Shown one piece after another: positions 62,704 through 64,000 of a stretch of DNA of 64,000 nt. The position numbers were made by a program, and so were the translations under genes. Position 1 is the first letter of the stretch. Each line of letters starts with the position of its first letter. The stretch comes from Squalus acanthias (lineage: Eukaryota): assembly GCA_030390025.1 (NCBI GenBank), contig JASTWF010000339.1:1-64000 (forward strand), read 5' to 3'. The notes below the pieces were generated by a model. The model saw nothing but the letters and a program-made list of their open reading frames with translations. It was not told the DNA's origin and ran no database searches.

Positions 62704-62789
62704 TTTCAAATAAAACTGTGGGACTATAACCTGGTGTTGTGCGACTTCTCACAAAGTTTTATGTTCAACATCCACTGTCAGCCTTTTTT

Positions 62790-64000
62790 TTCATTCGTTC
62801 ATGGGATCTGGGCGTCGCTGTTATGCCAGCATTTATTGCCCATCCCTAATTGCCATCGAGAAGGTGGTGGTGAGCCGCCATCTTGAACTGCTACAGTCCT
62901 GAGGAGACGGTATTCCCACAGTGCTGTTAGGGAGGGATTTCCAGGATTTTGACCCAGCCACGATGAAGGATCGGCGATATACTTCCAAGTCAGGATGCTT
63001 TGTGACTTGGAGGGGAACCTGGAGGTGGTGGTGTTCTCATGCGTTTGCGGCCCTTGTCCTTCTAGGTGATAGAGGTCGCGGGTTTAGAAGCCTTGGCGAG
63101 TTGCTGCAGTGCATCTTGTAGAAGGTCCACACTGCAGCCACGGTACGCCGGTGGTTGAGGGAGTGAATATACAAGGTGGTGAATGGGGTGCTAATCAAGC
63201 GGGCTGCTTTATCCTGGATGGTGTCGAGCTTCTTGAGTGTTGTTGGAGCTGCACTCATCCAGTCAAGTGGAGAGTATTCCATTACACTCCTGACTTGTGG
63301 AAAGTCTTTGGGGAGTCACTTGCAGCAGAATACCTAGCCCCTGACCTGCTCTTGTTGCCACAGTATTGATATGGCTGGTTTGTTAAGTTTCTGGTCAATG
63401 GTGATCCCCAGGATATTAATGGTGGCTGATTCGGCGATGGTAATGCCGTTGAATGTCAAGGAGCGGTGGTTAGGATCTCGCTTTTTGGAGATTGTCATTG
63501 CCTGGTACTTGTGTGGCGCGAATTTTACCTGCCATTTATCAGCACAAGCCTAAATGTCGTCCAGGTCTTGCTGCATGCGAACATGGACTGCTTCATTATC
63601 TGAGGAGTTGTGAATGGCACTGAACTCTGTGCAGTCATCAGCGAACATCCCCATTTCTGACCTTATGTTGGAGGGAAGGTCATTGATTAAGCAGCTGAAG
63701 ATGGCTGGGCCTAGGAAACTGCCATGAGAACTCCTGCAGCGATGTACTGGGACTCTGATGATTGACCTTCAATCACCACAACCATCTTCCTTTGTGCTGG
63801 TATGACTCCAGCCAGTGGAGAGTTTCCGCCCACCCCCGATTCCCATTGACTTCAGTTTTACTAGGGCTCCTTGATGCCACACTCGGTCAAATGCCGACTT
63901 GATTTCAAGGCCAGTCACTCTCACCTCACCTCTGGAATTCAGCTCCTTAGTCCATGATTGGACCAAGGCTGTAAGGGGGTCTGGAGCCGAGTGGTCCTGG
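62790..64000 (-). mobile_element. LINE family B, decayed RT region running off the window end
   Basis: MEYSPLDWMSAAPTTLKKLDTIQ; GMFADD (63637-63654); LEIKSAFDRVWHQG. Confidence 0.88.

Larger units (their letters stand above)
62351..62752. mobile_element. Non-autonomous fold-back Penelope derivative (~400 bp) with two intact hammerhead motifs
   Basis: Arms ~62390-62555 and 62582-62752 around a 26-bp loop; tail only on the left; TCACAAAGTTTTA at 62337-62349 and 62749-62761. Confidence 0.93.

Overview
Eukaryotic, repeat-dense genomic DNA, very probably from a cartilaginous fish (shark/ray). The evidence is an HE1-type tRNA-derived V-SINE, HER1-like CR1 LINEs with octamer tails, and tandem C2H2-ZNF and GPR139-like gene architecture. 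Host genes: (i) a two-exon orphan rhodopsin-class GPCR (32695-32791 + 35972-36870, 331 aa); (ii) the first coding exon of a second paralogous GPCR (52678-52747), missed by the ORF track, with exon 2 outside the window; (iii) a 10-finger C2H2 ZNF locus with no in-frame ATG, a decayed ZNF paralog, and two inverted paralogous CpG-rich YY1/NRF1 promoter-like blocks. The rest is CR1, L2 and other LINEs, SINEs, MITE-like inserts, many minisatellites and a ~16.7-kb 27-bp satellite. The most striking system is a Penelope-like element (PLE) family. It includes a ~5.8-kb head-to-head palindrome encoding RT + GIY-YIG, three non-coding fold-back mini-elements (~210-760 bp) with 12-13 bp target duplications and a one-sided ~40-nt tail, and minimal type-I hammerhead ribozyme motifs with a compensatory stem-I change. 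It has inserted repeatedly at one phase of the satellite unit. All calls are by eye; no alignments or database searches were run, and boundaries of decayed elements are approximate.
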